From a virus (taxonomy: Duplodnaviria; Caudoviricetes), in IMG/VR virus record IMGVR_UViG_3300038492_000273, positions 1 through 35,940 of that record: a stretch of DNA of 35,940 nucleotides. The stretch is one strand, 5' to 3'. Below are positions 15,865 through 26,538 of the stretch, piece after piece. Position 1 is the stretch's first letter, and every line of letters starts with the position of its first letter. A program made the position numbers and the translations under genes. The notes below the pieces were generated by a model. That model ran no database searches, was not told the origin of the DNA, and was given only the letters and a program-made list of their open reading frames with translations.

Positions 15865-16935
15865 ATGACTGTATCAAGTTCGGGTGAAGCGACCCTTAAC
15901 CAATATCCGGTCAACTTCCAGTTGATGCGGATGCTGCTCATGGCGGCCAAGACTCGATGCCCATTTTTCTCGGGCACGAATCAGGGCGAACTGAGCATGA
16001 ACGCCGGTACGGCTTCCGTAAAATGGGAACGTATCGAAAACCTATCCCCGGTACCGACTCCGTTGACTGAAATCAACGGTGCGCTTACCTTTCCGACTCG
16101 AGCAGCGGTAGTTCCGACTATCACTCCGATCACTGCAACCATGGCCAAGTACGGCAACGTCATCCAAGTCACCGAAGAATTGGAACTGATGTCTGTCAAC
16201 GCTCGTGCCATGAAGTTCATGGTGACTCTGGGTGAGAACGCGGGTGCAACCTACAACGCTGTCATGGCTGCGGTCTACGCGGCTGCGACTCAGGTTCGTT
16301 TCGGCGGTGGCGTAGCCGCTGTAACCCTGATCGTCACCGGAATGTCAGCGAACGATATCAAGTTCGCAGTCAACTTGGTTAACCGCCAAGGTGGCATGAA
16401 GTTCCGCTCTGAAGGTTTCGGTTCCACCAACATCGGTACCAACCCTATCCGCTCGAGCTACATGGGTATCTGCCATGTGGATGTCGAAGAGGATATCCGT
16501 GATCTGCCCACCTTTGTTCCGGTGGAAAATTACGGTGGCTACACTGACACATGGACCGATGAGATCGGCGCCGTGAACGGTGTACGCTGGGTGGCGACTG
16601 AAGAGCCTACCTTGATTACTGCGGACGCTGCGACAACCAGTGCGCCCGGTTTCCGGGGTACTTCCGACGTGCTCAACGATGTCTACGATTCGTATGTCGT
16701 GGCTGTCGATGCGGTCGGCTCAGTTGGTCTGGGTGAACGGCACACTCGCGAGATCTACCTGTCAGGTGATCGTATTCCCACCATTCAGTTGATTCGTCAC
16801 GAACCCGGTTCTGCCGGTGCGGCTGACCCGCTGAATGAACTGTCCACTGTGTCATGGAAGGGCTGGCTGGTTGGCCAGATCCTGAACAACACGTGGATCG
16901 TGCGGATTCGGACGCTGGCATCCGATCTGGCGTAA
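15865..16935 (+). CDS. Major capsid protein, N4-gp56 family
   Basis: 356 aa; 'KYGNVIQVT', 'EIGAVNGVRWV', 'DVYDSYVVAVDAVG' and 'GSAGAADPLNELSTVSWK' match the family pattern. Confidence 0.9.
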   Translation: MTVSSSGEATLNQYPVNFQLMRMLLMAAKTRCPFFSGTNQGELSMNAGTASVKWERIENLSPVPTPLTEINGALTFPTRAAVVPTITPITATMAKYGNVIQVTEELELMSVNARAMKFMVTLGENAGATYNAVMAAVYAAATQVRFGGGVAAVTLIVTGMSANDIKFAVNLVNRQGGMKFRSEGFGSTNIGTNPIRSSYMGICHVDVEEDIRDLPTFVPVENYGGYTDTWTDEIGAVNGVRWVATEEPTLITADAATTSAPGFRGTSDVLNDVYDSYVVAVDAVGSVGLGERHTREIYLSGDRIPTIQLIRHEPGSAGAADPLNELSTVSWKGWLVGQILNNTWIVRIRTLASDLA

Positions 16936-16941
16936 GCTAAC

Positions 16942-16973
16942 GGAAGGGGGCTTCGGCTCCCTTCCACCTTTAT
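16942..16973 (+). terminator. Hairpin after the capsid gene; leaky terminator/stabiliser
   Basis: GGAAGGGGGC-TTCG-GCTCCCTTCC (10-bp stem, cUUCGg loop) followed by a weak ACCTTTAT tail. Confidence 0.65.
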
Positions 16974-16987
16974 ACGAGGATTATTTA

Positions 16988-17233
16988 ATGGCTACTAAAA
17001 AGAAAGCCGCTTCGAAAAAGAAGGCTGCTCCCGGCGAGGCTTTACGTGAACCAACCGAGATCCCTGTGAACATTCAGGTGAAAACTCCGGACGGGAAAAC
17101 CCACAAGGCCACGTATACCATCGTCAACGCGCATACCTGTTTGCTGGCTTCCCAGATCAACAACGGGCAGGCGCTGCTGGATGCAACCAAGCAGGGGCTG
17201 GTTAGTCGGTTCGGCGTCAACTACGTCAAGTGA
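16988..17233 (+). CDS. Small protein with histone-like basic N-terminus
   Basis: 'MATKKKAASKKKAAP'; GAGGA RBS. Confidence 0.7.
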   Translation: MATKKKAASKKKAAPGEALREPTEIPVNIQVKTPDGKTHKATYTIVNAHTCLLASQINNGQALLDATKQGLVSRFGVNYVK

Positions 17234-17239
17234 TGACGG

Positions 17240-17971
17240 ATGGACTTTATTGGCGCGGTAAACCGCATTCTTGTGAATGCGTTTATCCTGAAGGGTGACG
17301 ATGATCTGATCACATCCTTTATGGATGAGCAGCACGAAGCCACGGTTCGAGTGGCACGAAATGCTTTCACTTCGGAACTTAACAACCTGCTCTCGGTCTT
17401 TACCGTTCCCTACGAGCGAACCACGGGTACCATCACCACGGTTCAGGGACAGCGGACCTACGCCTTGCCGACTGACTTCGTTCGGTTCTACCTGAACGAT
17501 CCATTTCTGTATCTCACCGATGGCTCCGGTCAGCGGGCAGTTGAGTATGGCGGTGGCGAAGCACGGTTGCGACAGCAGGATCACTTCTATCTGACTCAGG
17601 AAGGCTACGAGCGCTGGTGGTACTGGCACGATGACGTGGTGAAATCCATTGCCTTGTATCAGGTGCCTGATGCGGATGGCCGGGTATGGAGCTTCGAGTA
17701 TGAGCGCGATCGCACGGTGTTGATCGAGACTGACACTGTTCCGTTGCAAACCGAGCAAGAAGCCCAAGCCCTTGCGGACATGGCAGCCAGGCGATTCAAG
17801 TACATCATCGAGGAACTGAATGTGTCCGATCTGGAGCAGGACGCGGATTACGTGTTCTCTCGGCAGACACTGATGAACCTGCTGGCACATCGAGATCCAA
17901 ATACTCGGCGTGGATTCCGTTACCGGGATGGCTCCGAGAAAATTTCACAAGATCGGCACAGGGTACCTTAA
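17240..17971 (+). CDS. Head-tail adaptor / tail tubular protein A-like
   Basis: 'FIGAVNRIL' N-terminal helix and 'TITTVQGQRTYALPTDF...LYQVPD' adaptor-type motifs; position after the capsid gene. Confidence 0.7.
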   Translation: MDFIGAVNRILVNAFILKGDDDLITSFMDEQHEATVRVARNAFTSELNNLLSVFTVPYERTTGTITTVQGQRTYALPTDFVRFYLNDPFLYLTDGSGQRAVEYGGGEARLRQQDHFYLTQEGYERWWYWHDDVVKSIALYQVPDADGRVWSFEYERDRTVLIETDTVPLQTEQEAQALADMAARRFKYIIEELNVSDLEQDADYVFSRQTLMNLLAHRDPNTRRGFRYRDGSEKISQDRHRVP

Positions 17972-19512
17972 TGCCTCAATTCAGTTTCGGCGGTGGTCTT
18001 AATCAGCTAAACGATATCGCCATCCGACCGGATGAGTGCGTTGAAGGCCAGAACTTCGAGCTGGAATTGGGGAACCAGAAGTTCCGGCGTCGACCGGTTA
18101 TCGACCTGCTCGACACTACGCCAAATACATCACGAATCAACGGCATTCACCAGCTATTCGAGCGCGATGGCACGAAGACCACGCTGGTCATGTCAGGGAC
18201 GCAAGCGTATACATGGGACGGATCGGCCTTCGTCGCAGTTGGCCCAGCACTTGCGGCATCATCCCGCTTCAACGATCACGATTGGGATCTGGACGAAACG
18301 ATCATTATCACGGATCGCGAGAAAGCAACGGTTGTGTTGGAGTGGGACGGCACAACGCTGGCAGCGCTTACTACGGGACTGGGTTCAAATCTTTTTGCGA
18401 AGTACGGGCTGGTAGCCGATGGCCGCAACTGGCTGGCCAACATCACGGAAGGCGCCACATTACTACCCAATGTCATTCTGGCATCGGCATTTGAAGACCG
18501 GGAAGATTACGACACGGCTGCTCGAGGCGGTACGGCTGGTTCATTCACCACTGGTCAGGAGGCATTCTTCCTTGTTACTCCGAATACGAAACCGATCAAT
18601 GGCTTTATCCGATTCCAGAACGTCACCATCGTATCAACCGAAGGCGGCGAAATGTTCAAGCTGGTGGGTGATGATGCAACGAATTACCGCTTTGAAGATT
18701 TTTATTCAGGATCTGCTGCGATTGGTGATAGTAGTTTTGTTGATGCTGGTGACGATGTTTATTATATGCGTACTGGTGGTGTTATCGAATCACTCCGCTC
18801 GACGGATCGTTTCGGTGATGTGGGAACGGATGACATATCAATTCAGATCCCTACGGAAGTAGAGGATGCCACGGGTGCCAAGATCGTTTACGACCAGAAG
18901 AACAAGAAGATCCTGTTTTTCTTCGATTCGAAATGCATGGTGCTGTATAAGAACCTACTGAATCAGGAAGCCAGTCCATGGTCCAAGTATAAAACCCAGC
19001 ATCCCAGCGCATTCAATACGGATGCCGCGAGGTTCATGGAATACCCGGAATCGAACAATGCCGACAAGACCATTCTGTATGGTGATGACAATGGCAATAT
19101 CTTCGATCTCAATGGCAGTGGCGTCATGGGTGACATGGGTTCGTTCAACATTCTGGCGCAGCGCAAGCTGCCATTACAGGATGCGAACTACCGCAATATC
19201 ATTGCGGGTCGAATCTTCTATCGCCGCCGTGGCCAGTGCCAGTTGAATATGAATTTCGAGTGGGGTGACGAAAAGAATACCACTGATCTGACCGTTATCC
19301 TGAAGGGTATCAACTCTGCCTTGGTCACCCAGAACTTTTACAATGCCGGGGTTTACTACGCTGGTGGCAGCTATTACAGCGAGGGTGGTACCGGCAGCAC
19401 GGGTAATCCTGTATCCAAAGGATTCTCGGCAGTTGGCAAGGGAACCAGTGTGTTTGTTACACTGGGGATCGAAACCACTGAAGAATTTGAAATCGATTAT
19501 ATTGAGGCTTAA
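17971..19512 (+). CDS. Tail nozzle / tail tubular protein B (P22 gp10-like)
   Basis: Starts 'FSFGGGLN...IRPDEC..GQNF'; beta-propeller-like composition; synteny. Confidence 0.75.
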   Translation: MPQFSFGGGLNQLNDIAIRPDECVEGQNFELELGNQKFRRRPVIDLLDTTPNTSRINGIHQLFERDGTKTTLVMSGTQAYTWDGSAFVAVGPALAASSRFNDHDWDLDETIIITDREKATVVLEWDGTTLAALTTGLGSNLFAKYGLVADGRNWLANITEGATLLPNVILASAFEDREDYDTAARGGTAGSFTTGQEAFFLVTPNTKPINGFIRFQNVTIVSTEGGEMFKLVGDDATNYRFEDFYSGSAAIGDSSFVDAGDDVYYMRTGGVIESLRSTDRFGDVGTDDISIQIPTEVEDATGAKIVYDQKNKKILFFFDSKCMVLYKNLLNQEASPWSKYKTQHPSAFNTDAARFMEYPESNNADKTILYGDDNGNIFDLNGSGVMGDMGSFNILAQRKLPLQDANYRNIIAGRIFYRRRGQCQLNMNFEWGDEKNTTDLTVILKGINSALVTQNFYNAGVYYAGGSYYSEGGTGSTGNPVSKGFSAVGKGTSVFVTLGIETTEEFEIDYIEA

Positions 19513-20043
19513 ATGGAACGGCTCGACAAACGACTGTTTAAGAAAAACCGACCGGTGATCCGGAAGATGGGATTCATTGACGAAGGCAACACTGAAGACA
19601 GCGCCTTCCTCTGGGATCTTTATTGCAAGGGCATCATGAAGGATGTCCCGAGCGACATGAATATGGAAGAGTTTATTGAATTGCTCGACATCATTCGTGA
19701 TCGAACCGATGAGATCTACATCATCGAGGATCTGATCGGTGGTGTATACTGGCCGATCGCTTTTGTACTGGCACGATCCAATGGCTGGTTGCTTGAGCCT
19801 CATGTGTATTACAGTGATCTGGCAACCGCCAGGCACAAGATGCGTTCGTATGTCGCATTCCTGAAACATACCAAGTACCGGAAAGATCTGGGTGCTTGCC
19901 TTGTCCGCGTCGACAAGGAAACAACGCCGCTGGCGAATAAGATGGAAGGGATAGGCTTGCTTGAATTCGTGGGCAAGATCTGGGGTGGAATGCCATCCGG
20001 GAACGAATACTTATATTCGGTCCGTTGTCAGCGGAGAGAATAA
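19513..20043 (+). CDS. GNAT-fold-like virion assembly protein (P22 gp14/T7 gp13 position)
   Basis: 'LLEPHV' and 'LANKMEGIGLLEFVGKI'; sits between the nozzle and the ejection genes. Confidence 0.5.
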   Translation: MERLDKRLFKKNRPVIRKMGFIDEGNTEDSAFLWDLYCKGIMKDVPSDMNMEEFIELLDIIRDRTDEIYIIEDLIGGVYWPIAFVLARSNGWLLEPHVYYSDLATARHKMRSYVAFLKHTKYRKDLGACLVRVDKETTPLANKMEGIGLLEFVGKIWGGMPSGNEYLYSVRCQRRE

Positions 20044-20044
20044 A

Positions 20045-20851
20045 ATGGGTGGAGCAGTATCATCGATAGCCGGTGGACTTATTGCAAGCCGAAATGCGGA
20101 CAGGGCCGCAGACAGGGCTGAAGAAGCCACGCGGCGATTTGCACGTACCGGTCCCGGCAGGCGCGGTTCTCGGTTCGATACCGCAACGGGTGAAGTCCGG
20201 CTGAAAAGGAACATTAAAAGGCGAACCATTAAAGCCCGTCGAGGCATTCGTGACTTGCGAGATCCAGCCAATCAAGCATTTGATGATTTCGGTGCGGGTA
20301 TTGCCGGGATTCGTGAGAGACTTTCTGGCGTCATCGACGATTTCAGTTCCAATACCGGTGCATTTATCCAGTCGCAACTGACTCCGATTCAGGAACGCAT
20401 TGCAGAACGCGAAGGCCGGACTGAACGGGATCTCGCCAGGCGAGAGATCTTCGGCTCCTTCGGTGAGCAAGCCAAGGCCAGTGTCACGGCTGAAGGTGCA
20501 AGGGCTGAAGCAGATGTCCGGGCGCAAGCCGAGAACGAGCGGGTCAACAACTTGGGTAATTTGCTGAACCTCGATTCGAATTTCCTGAGACAAGCGCTGG
20601 CCGGCGAGACTGGCCGAATTGATATGATGGCTCGAATCGAAACCCTGCTGTCCGACATGAACCAGCAGGAGTTCAATCGTGAAATCGATCTGCTTCAGTT
20701 GGGATCTGGACAAGGTGCGCGGTCGGGTCAGTTCGATCGAGCCTTGCTGAGTTCAGAAGGCGTTGCCCAGCAAGCGACATTGCAAGCGCTGGGTGAGGTT
20801 GGCACATCGATATTCGGTTCAGGCGGGCAAACAACAACAGAACAGCGGTGA
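20045..20851 (+). CDS. Internal virion / DNA ejection protein 1
   Basis: 'MGGAVSSIAGGLIAS..A..AA' start typical of P22 gp7/T7 gp14-like proteins; GGAG RBS. Confidence 0.65.
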   Translation: MGGAVSSIAGGLIASRNADRAADRAEEATRRFARTGPGRRGSRFDTATGEVRLKRNIKRRTIKARRGIRDLRDPANQAFDDFGAGIAGIRERLSGVIDDFSSNTGAFIQSQLTPIQERIAEREGRTERDLARREIFGSFGEQAKASVTAEGARAEADVRAQAENERVNNLGNLLNLDSNFLRQALAGETGRIDMMARIETLLSDMNQQEFNREIDLLQLGSGQGARSGQFDRALLSSEGVAQQATLQALGEVGTSIFGSGGQTTTEQR

Positions 20852-20857
20852 TTTGAT

Positions 20858-21961
20858 ATGAGCTTTCTTGCCGAACTATCCCAGCATCTGAAAACTGATG
20901 TCGCCGACATCGCTCGAGCATCAGTCGATCCGGCCTTTGCCCAGCAACTGACCGAGAAACAATTCAGGCGTGAAGAGCGTGAAGAAATTCGCGAGGCTGA
21001 TCAGCGCAAGATTGCCGAAGAGCGGGCGGCTCGTGAAGAAGCGGCTGCGCTTCAGCGGAAATCTGCGGCCCAGATGAAAGTGCTGAACGGCGCGTTCGAG
21101 CATGGCCGGGATACTGGTGACTTCAATGAGCTGATCAACGTCATGGGATCTGAAAACCTGATTCCGGAAGTACGTGACTTCGGTGAGTTGCTGGTAAATT
21201 CCCAGCCCGGTCAATCACTGGAATCGATCATCAAGGAACAGCGGCTGAAGAATGATACAAGGCGGTTGGACCAGCAGGACAAATCCTTGATGTTGCAGCA
21301 GAAGCGACTCGACAGTGCTGATGAAAGATTCCAGCAGGAGTTCCTGTTCAAGCAGGCACGGTTCGCATACGACCAAGCGATTGAGCTTGCACGGCAGCAG
21401 GAGAACGTGGTCAATGTTCAGGCACTGAGCGATTCGATCCAGCAAAACGAAAGCGGTATTTGGACTCAGGAAGAAAAGGATGGCTGGACCATGGCCATGG
21501 GTGCTGCTGATCCCAAGCAAGCGCTGGCAATTTACAACCGGGCATGGACTCAGTACAACCAGAAGATGCAGTTGCTGGCGCAGCAGCGCAAGTCTTCGGA
21601 TGCGGCTGGTACGGATACGCCGGCACTCAATGTGAATGTCAGCGAGAACGATCTGAACGCAGCGGCTACGTTTATTCAGGCTCAAGAAAACTTTGACGAA
21701 GAGCGCTTCGCTGATATCCCTGAACCTGAGCGATTCGCATTGACGAATTACGTGGCAGCCACGGCGAACCAGCTTGCCCGCAACAACAAGGGAACCACGC
21801 CGGAGCAATGGTTGCCGGCTGCTTACAGCGAGGCATTGCGTGGCATTGAGTTTACGTCAACCCTTGGCGTTGATGGTGCGCGGTTCGACATCAACAAGGT
21901 GGTTCGCCATCGTGATGACAAGGTACGTGTCTACAATCCAGTTACAGGTCAACTTGAATAA
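20858..21961 (+). CDS. Internal virion / DNA ejection protein 2
   Basis: 367 aa, helical and Gln/Ala/Glu-rich; synteny. Confidence 0.6.
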   Translation: MSFLAELSQHLKTDVADIARASVDPAFAQQLTEKQFRREEREEIREADQRKIAEERAAREEAAALQRKSAAQMKVLNGAFEHGRDTGDFNELINVMGSENLIPEVRDFGELLVNSQPGQSLESIIKEQRLKNDTRRLDQQDKSLMLQQKRLDSADERFQQEFLFKQARFAYDQAIELARQQENVVNVQALSDSIQQNESGIWTQEEKDGWTMAMGAADPKQALAIYNRAWTQYNQKMQLLAQQRKSSDAAGTDTPALNVNVSENDLNAAATFIQAQENFDEERFADIPEPERFALTNYVAATANQLARNNKGTTPEQWLPAAYSEALRGIEFTSTLGVDGARFDINKVVRHRDDKVRVYNPVTGQLE

Positions 21962-24900
21962 TGGTTCAGGTTATTGAAGTCGAAGGTCAGCGGGTAGAAT
22001 TCCCCGATGAAATGAGCGACGCTCAGATCGCGGAAGCTATTCGTGAGAACATTCGGCCCCAGATCCTTCGAGACAAACAACAGGACATCGGCTTCAATGT
22101 GGTTGCCGAAGATCCTGAGCAAACACTGCGTCGACCACCTGAGAACGATGGTCGGTTGCAGCCTGAGATCGTCGAAACCGAAGAGGGCTTCTTCGACAAC
22201 TTGGCCAGAGGATTTGGCTTCACCGATGAGACTGGTACGTTCAAGGAAAACTTCGATCGACTGGTACTCGAGGATTCATTCGTTGGTCGTGCCGGTGCGT
22301 TTCTGACCGAGAAAGGATTTGAATTATTCGGCCAAGAGGAAATGGTCGAGAACGCTCGACGTGCTGAAAAGTATGAAGAGTGGCAACCGAAAATCTGGAA
22401 GGCGCAGCAGGAACTGGATCTGATCGGCGATCCCAAGTCACCGGAGTACACCGAAAAAGCCAACCAAATCAAAGACTTACGGAGAAACTTCCGTGACGAT
22501 CTCGAGGGCAAGTATGTCCCGGTCGAGGAAGAAGAAGAGCCATTCGACTGGGGTGAGTTCTACGATCTGGTTTCCGAGAACAAGGCATTCATGACCGGCG
22601 CCATCGCTCGTGGTCTGATCGCTGATCCGGAACTGTTGATTCTGCCAGGCGGTTGGACTCGCTCAGGTATTCTCGCCACCAATGCAGCGAAGGCTGCGGG
22701 CATCGCTTCCAAGCCCGCGTTGATTGCAACTCGTGAGTCTGCTCGAGTCGGCGGATCATTTGTGCTGGGCGCTTCCTTGGGTGCAGCCGGCGAGATCATT
22801 CAGCAGGTTGATGACGATCCTGAAGCGCCGATTGATTTCGCTCGTGTTGGCGATACCGCATTGTTGACTGGTGCGATCACGGCTCCATTCCCATTGGTAG
22901 GCACGGTAGCGACTGGTGTTGCAGCAAACACCACACGCCGGCTGAAAGATATCGCCAGCGCTCGAGCCGTGAAGAGTGTTGAAGAAGTAGCGAACCAGAA
23001 GTTTGCTGACAACATCGATGCTGATGGCGTTCCGCAGTTGAACAAGCAGGCAGCGATCGACCAAACCATTGCCGAGCTGAAGATTACGCCAGAGGCTGAA
23101 GTAGCTTTCCGGGAAGGGGTTGAGAATGTCGACGACCTGATCAATACCGAGTTCGCGCAGATCCGTGCAGCCGAGCGCATTGCCAAAGAAGCAGCGCCAA
23201 CTCGCACCAGCCAGATCTTGCAGTCAGCCGGTGAACTGAAAGATTCATTTACTGATGGCTTCAATGGTTTCGTTCAGCCGATCACCAGCCAGTTGCGCAA
23301 CATGGGATTGAAATCTATTGCTGGTCGATTGAACCAACATGATCTCGAGACCGGTACCATGCTTGCCGGACTGGAAGAAGTTCGTAATCGGTTTGCGGTT
23401 GAGTTCAACAACCTTACCGAAGCGCAGCAACAACTGGCCAAGCTGCGCATTTTGAACAGTGAATTCAGGGGGGAGAACCAGAATGGTTTCCCGAAATCGT
23501 TCATCGATGAGTTCGAGAATACTCGGAACGCACTGGACGATGAATTGCTACGAGCCAGAGAGCAAGGTATTGATCTGCCGGGAGTGGAAGACTTCTTCCC
23601 CCGTCGGTTCAAGTACAAAGAATTCGGCGAGGCTCAGGGCTTCAAGCCGGCGCAGACCAACAAGGCGATTGCCGATGCAATCAATACCAAGCAAGGGCTG
23701 ACCGGTGAAAAGAAACTGACTGCGAAAGATATTACTGAGTTTCCGAATCTGGCTGAGCGTCACTTGACGCCACAGGAAATTGCTCAGGCATTGGGCAGGG
23801 ATATATTCAAGGGCGGTGAAATCAGGCCGACCGTTTCGGGTGACAGCTTGAAGGCGCGGACTGTCGATAAGATCAGGCCGGAAATGCTGCAATGGTATGA
23901 CAGTCCAACGGTCTCGCTGGGTGATCATTTCAATCGGATGACGATCAAGATCCAAGACCGCAAGTTCTTCGGCGGCAAGGGGCTGGATAAGAACCGGGAG
24001 ATCATTCAGGGTGCAGAGGTTATCGATGACGCCAGCATGATCTCCGGCTTCATTGATGACATGGCGGGTGCTGAGCTGGGCAAGAAAAATATTACACCAG
24101 CCCAGCGAGACAAGCTGGTTCAATTGCTACGTGCTCGATTTGTGGGCAGCAAGAAGCAAACCACGCCTTTTATCCGGGGAGCACGGAACTATATGTATGC
24201 GGCTACGCTGGGTAATCCAGTGGCCGCAGCAACGCAGCTCGGCGATCTGGGCGCCAGCGCTTATCTCAATGGTACCTACAATGCCATCGAGGATCTGGTG
24301 GTACGGTCGGTTCAGGGTGCGAATAATATCCGCAGAGGGCAGGGGCAGGCTGCATTCAAGCTGGAAGACTTTGGCTTACAGGCACTGCCGGACGTGGAAG
24401 ATATGGGTCGATCACGGCAATTGCTCGACTGGTCGCTGCGCAAGGGCGGCTTCCGTGCCATGGATCGATTGGGTAAAGAAGCCATCATGAACAGCACGTG
24501 GTCCAAGTTGCAGAAGATTGCGAACAAACCACGCGACGCTGCACTGCGGGATCTCCGGGTGCGGTATGGTCAACGCCTGGCAGACTCGGAAGTGGAAGCC
24601 ATTTACGATGGAATCCTGAGCGGTGATACTGCGAATCCACATGTGCGACTGGCGGTATTCAGCGATCTGACTCGAGTCCAGCCGGTATCGATGAGCGAAA
24701 TGCCAATGCGATACCTGAACCATCCGGATGCCCGGATCTTCTTCATGCTGAAAACTTTCACGCTGAAACAGATCGACCTGATGCGTCAGGAAGTGATCAA
24801 GAATATTGCCGATGGTGTGAAGGCTGGTGACACTGGTCAGGTTGCAGCCGGGGCATATAACATGGCCAAGATCGTCGGCACGATCGGCGGTGCGAACATG

Positions 24901-25245
24901 GGTGTTGAAGCCACGAAGCGATTCATCGCCGGCGAAGACTTCGAGCCGACCGACCTGATGGTATCAACAATTCTTCGCAACTACGGTCTGAGTCAGTATA
25001 CTCTGGACCAACTGGCACGGGGCAAGATCGGTGGCTTTGTGGGTCAGGTTGTTCAGCCGCCAACCGGTGTATTCTTTAACCCAATCATGGAAGGCATTAA
25101 TACTGTTTCTGGTGGTCAGTGGGGAGTCGATACCAATGGCCGATGGATTGATTCATTCCCGCTCGGTCGTGGTGTTCGGACCGCACTGGAAGCCACTGGT
25201 CAAGAGGATCTGATTGGCGCCGATGGCGATGACTCGTTCTTTTAA
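21961..25245 (+). CDS. Large internal virion / DNA ejection protein 3
   Basis: 1094 aa. 'VEFPDEMSDAQI' start, Ala/Gly hydrophobic segments and 'RIFFMLKTFTLKQ' resemble large podovirus ejection proteins. Confidence 0.7.
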   Translation: MVQVIEVEGQRVEFPDEMSDAQIAEAIRENIRPQILRDKQQDIGFNVVAEDPEQTLRRPPENDGRLQPEIVETEEGFFDNLARGFGFTDETGTFKENFDRLVLEDSFVGRAGAFLTEKGFELFGQEEMVENARRAEKYEEWQPKIWKAQQELDLIGDPKSPEYTEKANQIKDLRRNFRDDLEGKYVPVEEEEEPFDWGEFYDLVSENKAFMTGAIARGLIADPELLILPGGWTRSGILATNAAKAAGIASKPALIATRESARVGGSFVLGASLGAAGEIIQQVDDDPEAPIDFARVGDTALLTGAITAPFPLVGTVATGVAANTTRRLKDIASARAVKSVEEVANQKFADNIDADGVPQLNKQAAIDQTIAELKITPEAEVAFREGVENVDDLINTEFAQIRAAERIAKEAAPTRTSQILQSAGELKDSFTDGFNGFVQPITSQLRNMGLKSIAGRLNQHDLETGTMLAGLEEVRNRFAVEFNNLTEAQQQLAKLRILNSEFRGENQNGFPKSFIDEFENTRNALDDELLRAREQGIDLPGVEDFFPRRFKYKEFGEAQGFKPAQTNKAIADAINTKQGLTGEKKLTAKDITEFPNLAERHLTPQEIAQALGRDIFKGGEIRPTVSGDSLKARTVDKIRPEMLQWYDSPTVSLGDHFNRMTIKIQDRKFFGGKGLDKNREIIQGAEVIDDASMISGFIDDMAGAELGKKNITPAQRDKLVQLLRARFVGSKKQTTPFIRGARNYMYAATLGNPVAAATQLGDLGASAYLNGTYNAIEDLVVRSVQGANNIRRGQGQAAFKLEDFGLQALPDVEDMGRSRQLLDWSLRKGGFRAMDRLGKEAIMNSTWSKLQKIANKPRDAALRDLRVRYGQRLADSEVEAIYDGILSGDTANPHVRLAVFSDLTRVQPVSMSEMPMRYLNHPDARIFFMLKTFTLKQIDLMRQEVIKNIADGVKAGDTGQVAAGAYNMAKIVGTIGGANMGVEATKRFIAGEDFEPTDLMVSTILRNYGLSQYTLDQLARGKIGGFVGQVVQPPTGVFFNPIMEGINTVSGGQWGVDTNGRWIDSFPLGRGVRTALEATGQEDLIGADGDDSFF

Positions 25246-25257
25246 GAGGTTACTTAT

Positions 25258-26538
25258 ATGGGTACTCGATATTCTTCTCAAACCATCGTAGGCTACAACG
25301 CGACGCCGCCACCTGATGACGGATCGCAGACTGCGGCCAACGAACTCACTTGGGCTAAGCACAAGACCAAGCTGGGCGATCCGATCAAGACGCTGGCAGA
25401 GGCTATCAATACTGCCCTTCTTGCGCATACCGATGAATCCACGCTGGATATTGGCTCGAATACCACGACCAGTCTGGCGAATCACAAGCGCACCTTAAAT
25501 GTCACTGGCGCGTTTACCATCACTCTGGCTGATGCGGCTACCGTGGCGGCTAACTATCTGGTCCGCGTCAAGAATTCACACTCGGCTGCGATCACGGTGG
25601 ATCTCGACACGCCGGCTGATACGCTCGATGGAGCAGCAGGGGGATCGATCAGCGTACCGCCTGGCGAATGTATCGAGTTCGGTACCAATGCTGGCGCCGA
25701 TGGATATCTGGTGCTGAGTCGTGTTGACGATTTCACTGAAGTCAATTCAGCCGGTGATGTGAATGATGCGCTGGGTGATGTCCGGGTTCACCAGAACTTT
25801 CTGACGGGACTGGATACCTCGCTGGCTGCTGATACCGATCATGATGTTACCGTTGCTACTGGTGCCTGTGCGGATTCGACTGCCGTGTTCTACATGAATC
25901 TGGCGTCAACCATTACCAAGCAGATCGACGCCGACTGGGCTGAAGGTAATAACTTGGGCGGGCTGGCGAGTGGTGCTCGAGCGGTAGCGAATACCCCGGA
26001 TGCCGATACCACGTATCACTTCTTCCTGATTGCTCAGACTGATGGGACCATCGATGCGGGCTGGGATACTTCGCTGACTGCAACGAATCTGCTGGCTGAT
26101 GCAGCGACGTATACTTACTACCGTCGTATCGCTTCGATGCCAATTGATTCCAGCAACAACATCACGGCTTACTTCCAGCGTGGCGATCGATTCATTCTGG
26201 ATACGTTCGTCAGGACCATCAATGATACCTCGCCGGGTACCAGTGAAAATCTCTACGTGATGGACATTCCAATTGGTCTCGAGCTTGAAGCGATCATCTA
26301 TCCTGAAATGCAATTCAACTCCAACTCAGCACAGGCGTTGATTACATCACCATTACAAACCGATGTTGCACCAGCTATTAATAACCATAATCTTCGGGTA
26401 AATGGTAGCCATGTATTCTCACACAATGAAATGATTGTCACGACCAATACCAGTGGTGAGATCCGATACCGGCAGAATGACACTAACCCGGATATTGCAA
26501 TCCACACTCAAGGCTGGATCGACCGCCGAGCAGCGTGA
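25258..26538 (+). CDS. Tail fibre protein
   Basis: Canonical position after the ejection genes; 'FTITLADAATVAANYLVRVKN' fibre motif; C-terminal domain paralogous to 3292-4713. Confidence 0.75.
   Translation: MGTRYSSQTIVGYNATPPPDDGSQTAANELTWAKHKTKLGDPIKTLAEAINTALLAHTDESTLDIGSNTTTSLANHKRTLNVTGAFTITLADAATVAANYLVRVKNSHSAAITVDLDTPADTLDGAAGGSISVPPGECIEFGTNAGADGYLVLSRVDDFTEVNSAGDVNDALGDVRVHQNFLTGLDTSLAADTDHDVTVATGACADSTAVFYMNLASTITKQIDADWAEGNNLGGLASGARAVANTPDADTTYHFFLIAQTDGTIDAGWDTSLTATNLLADAATYTYYRRIASMPIDSSNNITAYFQRGDRFILDTFVRTINDTSPGTSENLYVMDIPIGLELEAIIYPEMQFNSNSAQALITSPLQTDVAPAINNHNLRVNGSHVFSHNEMIVTTNTSGEIRYRQNDTNPDIAIHTQGWIDRRAA

Noticed and set aside
17042-17890. 282-aa minus-strand ORF
   Set aside because: Shadow of the head-tail adaptor gene; the composition is not protein-like.
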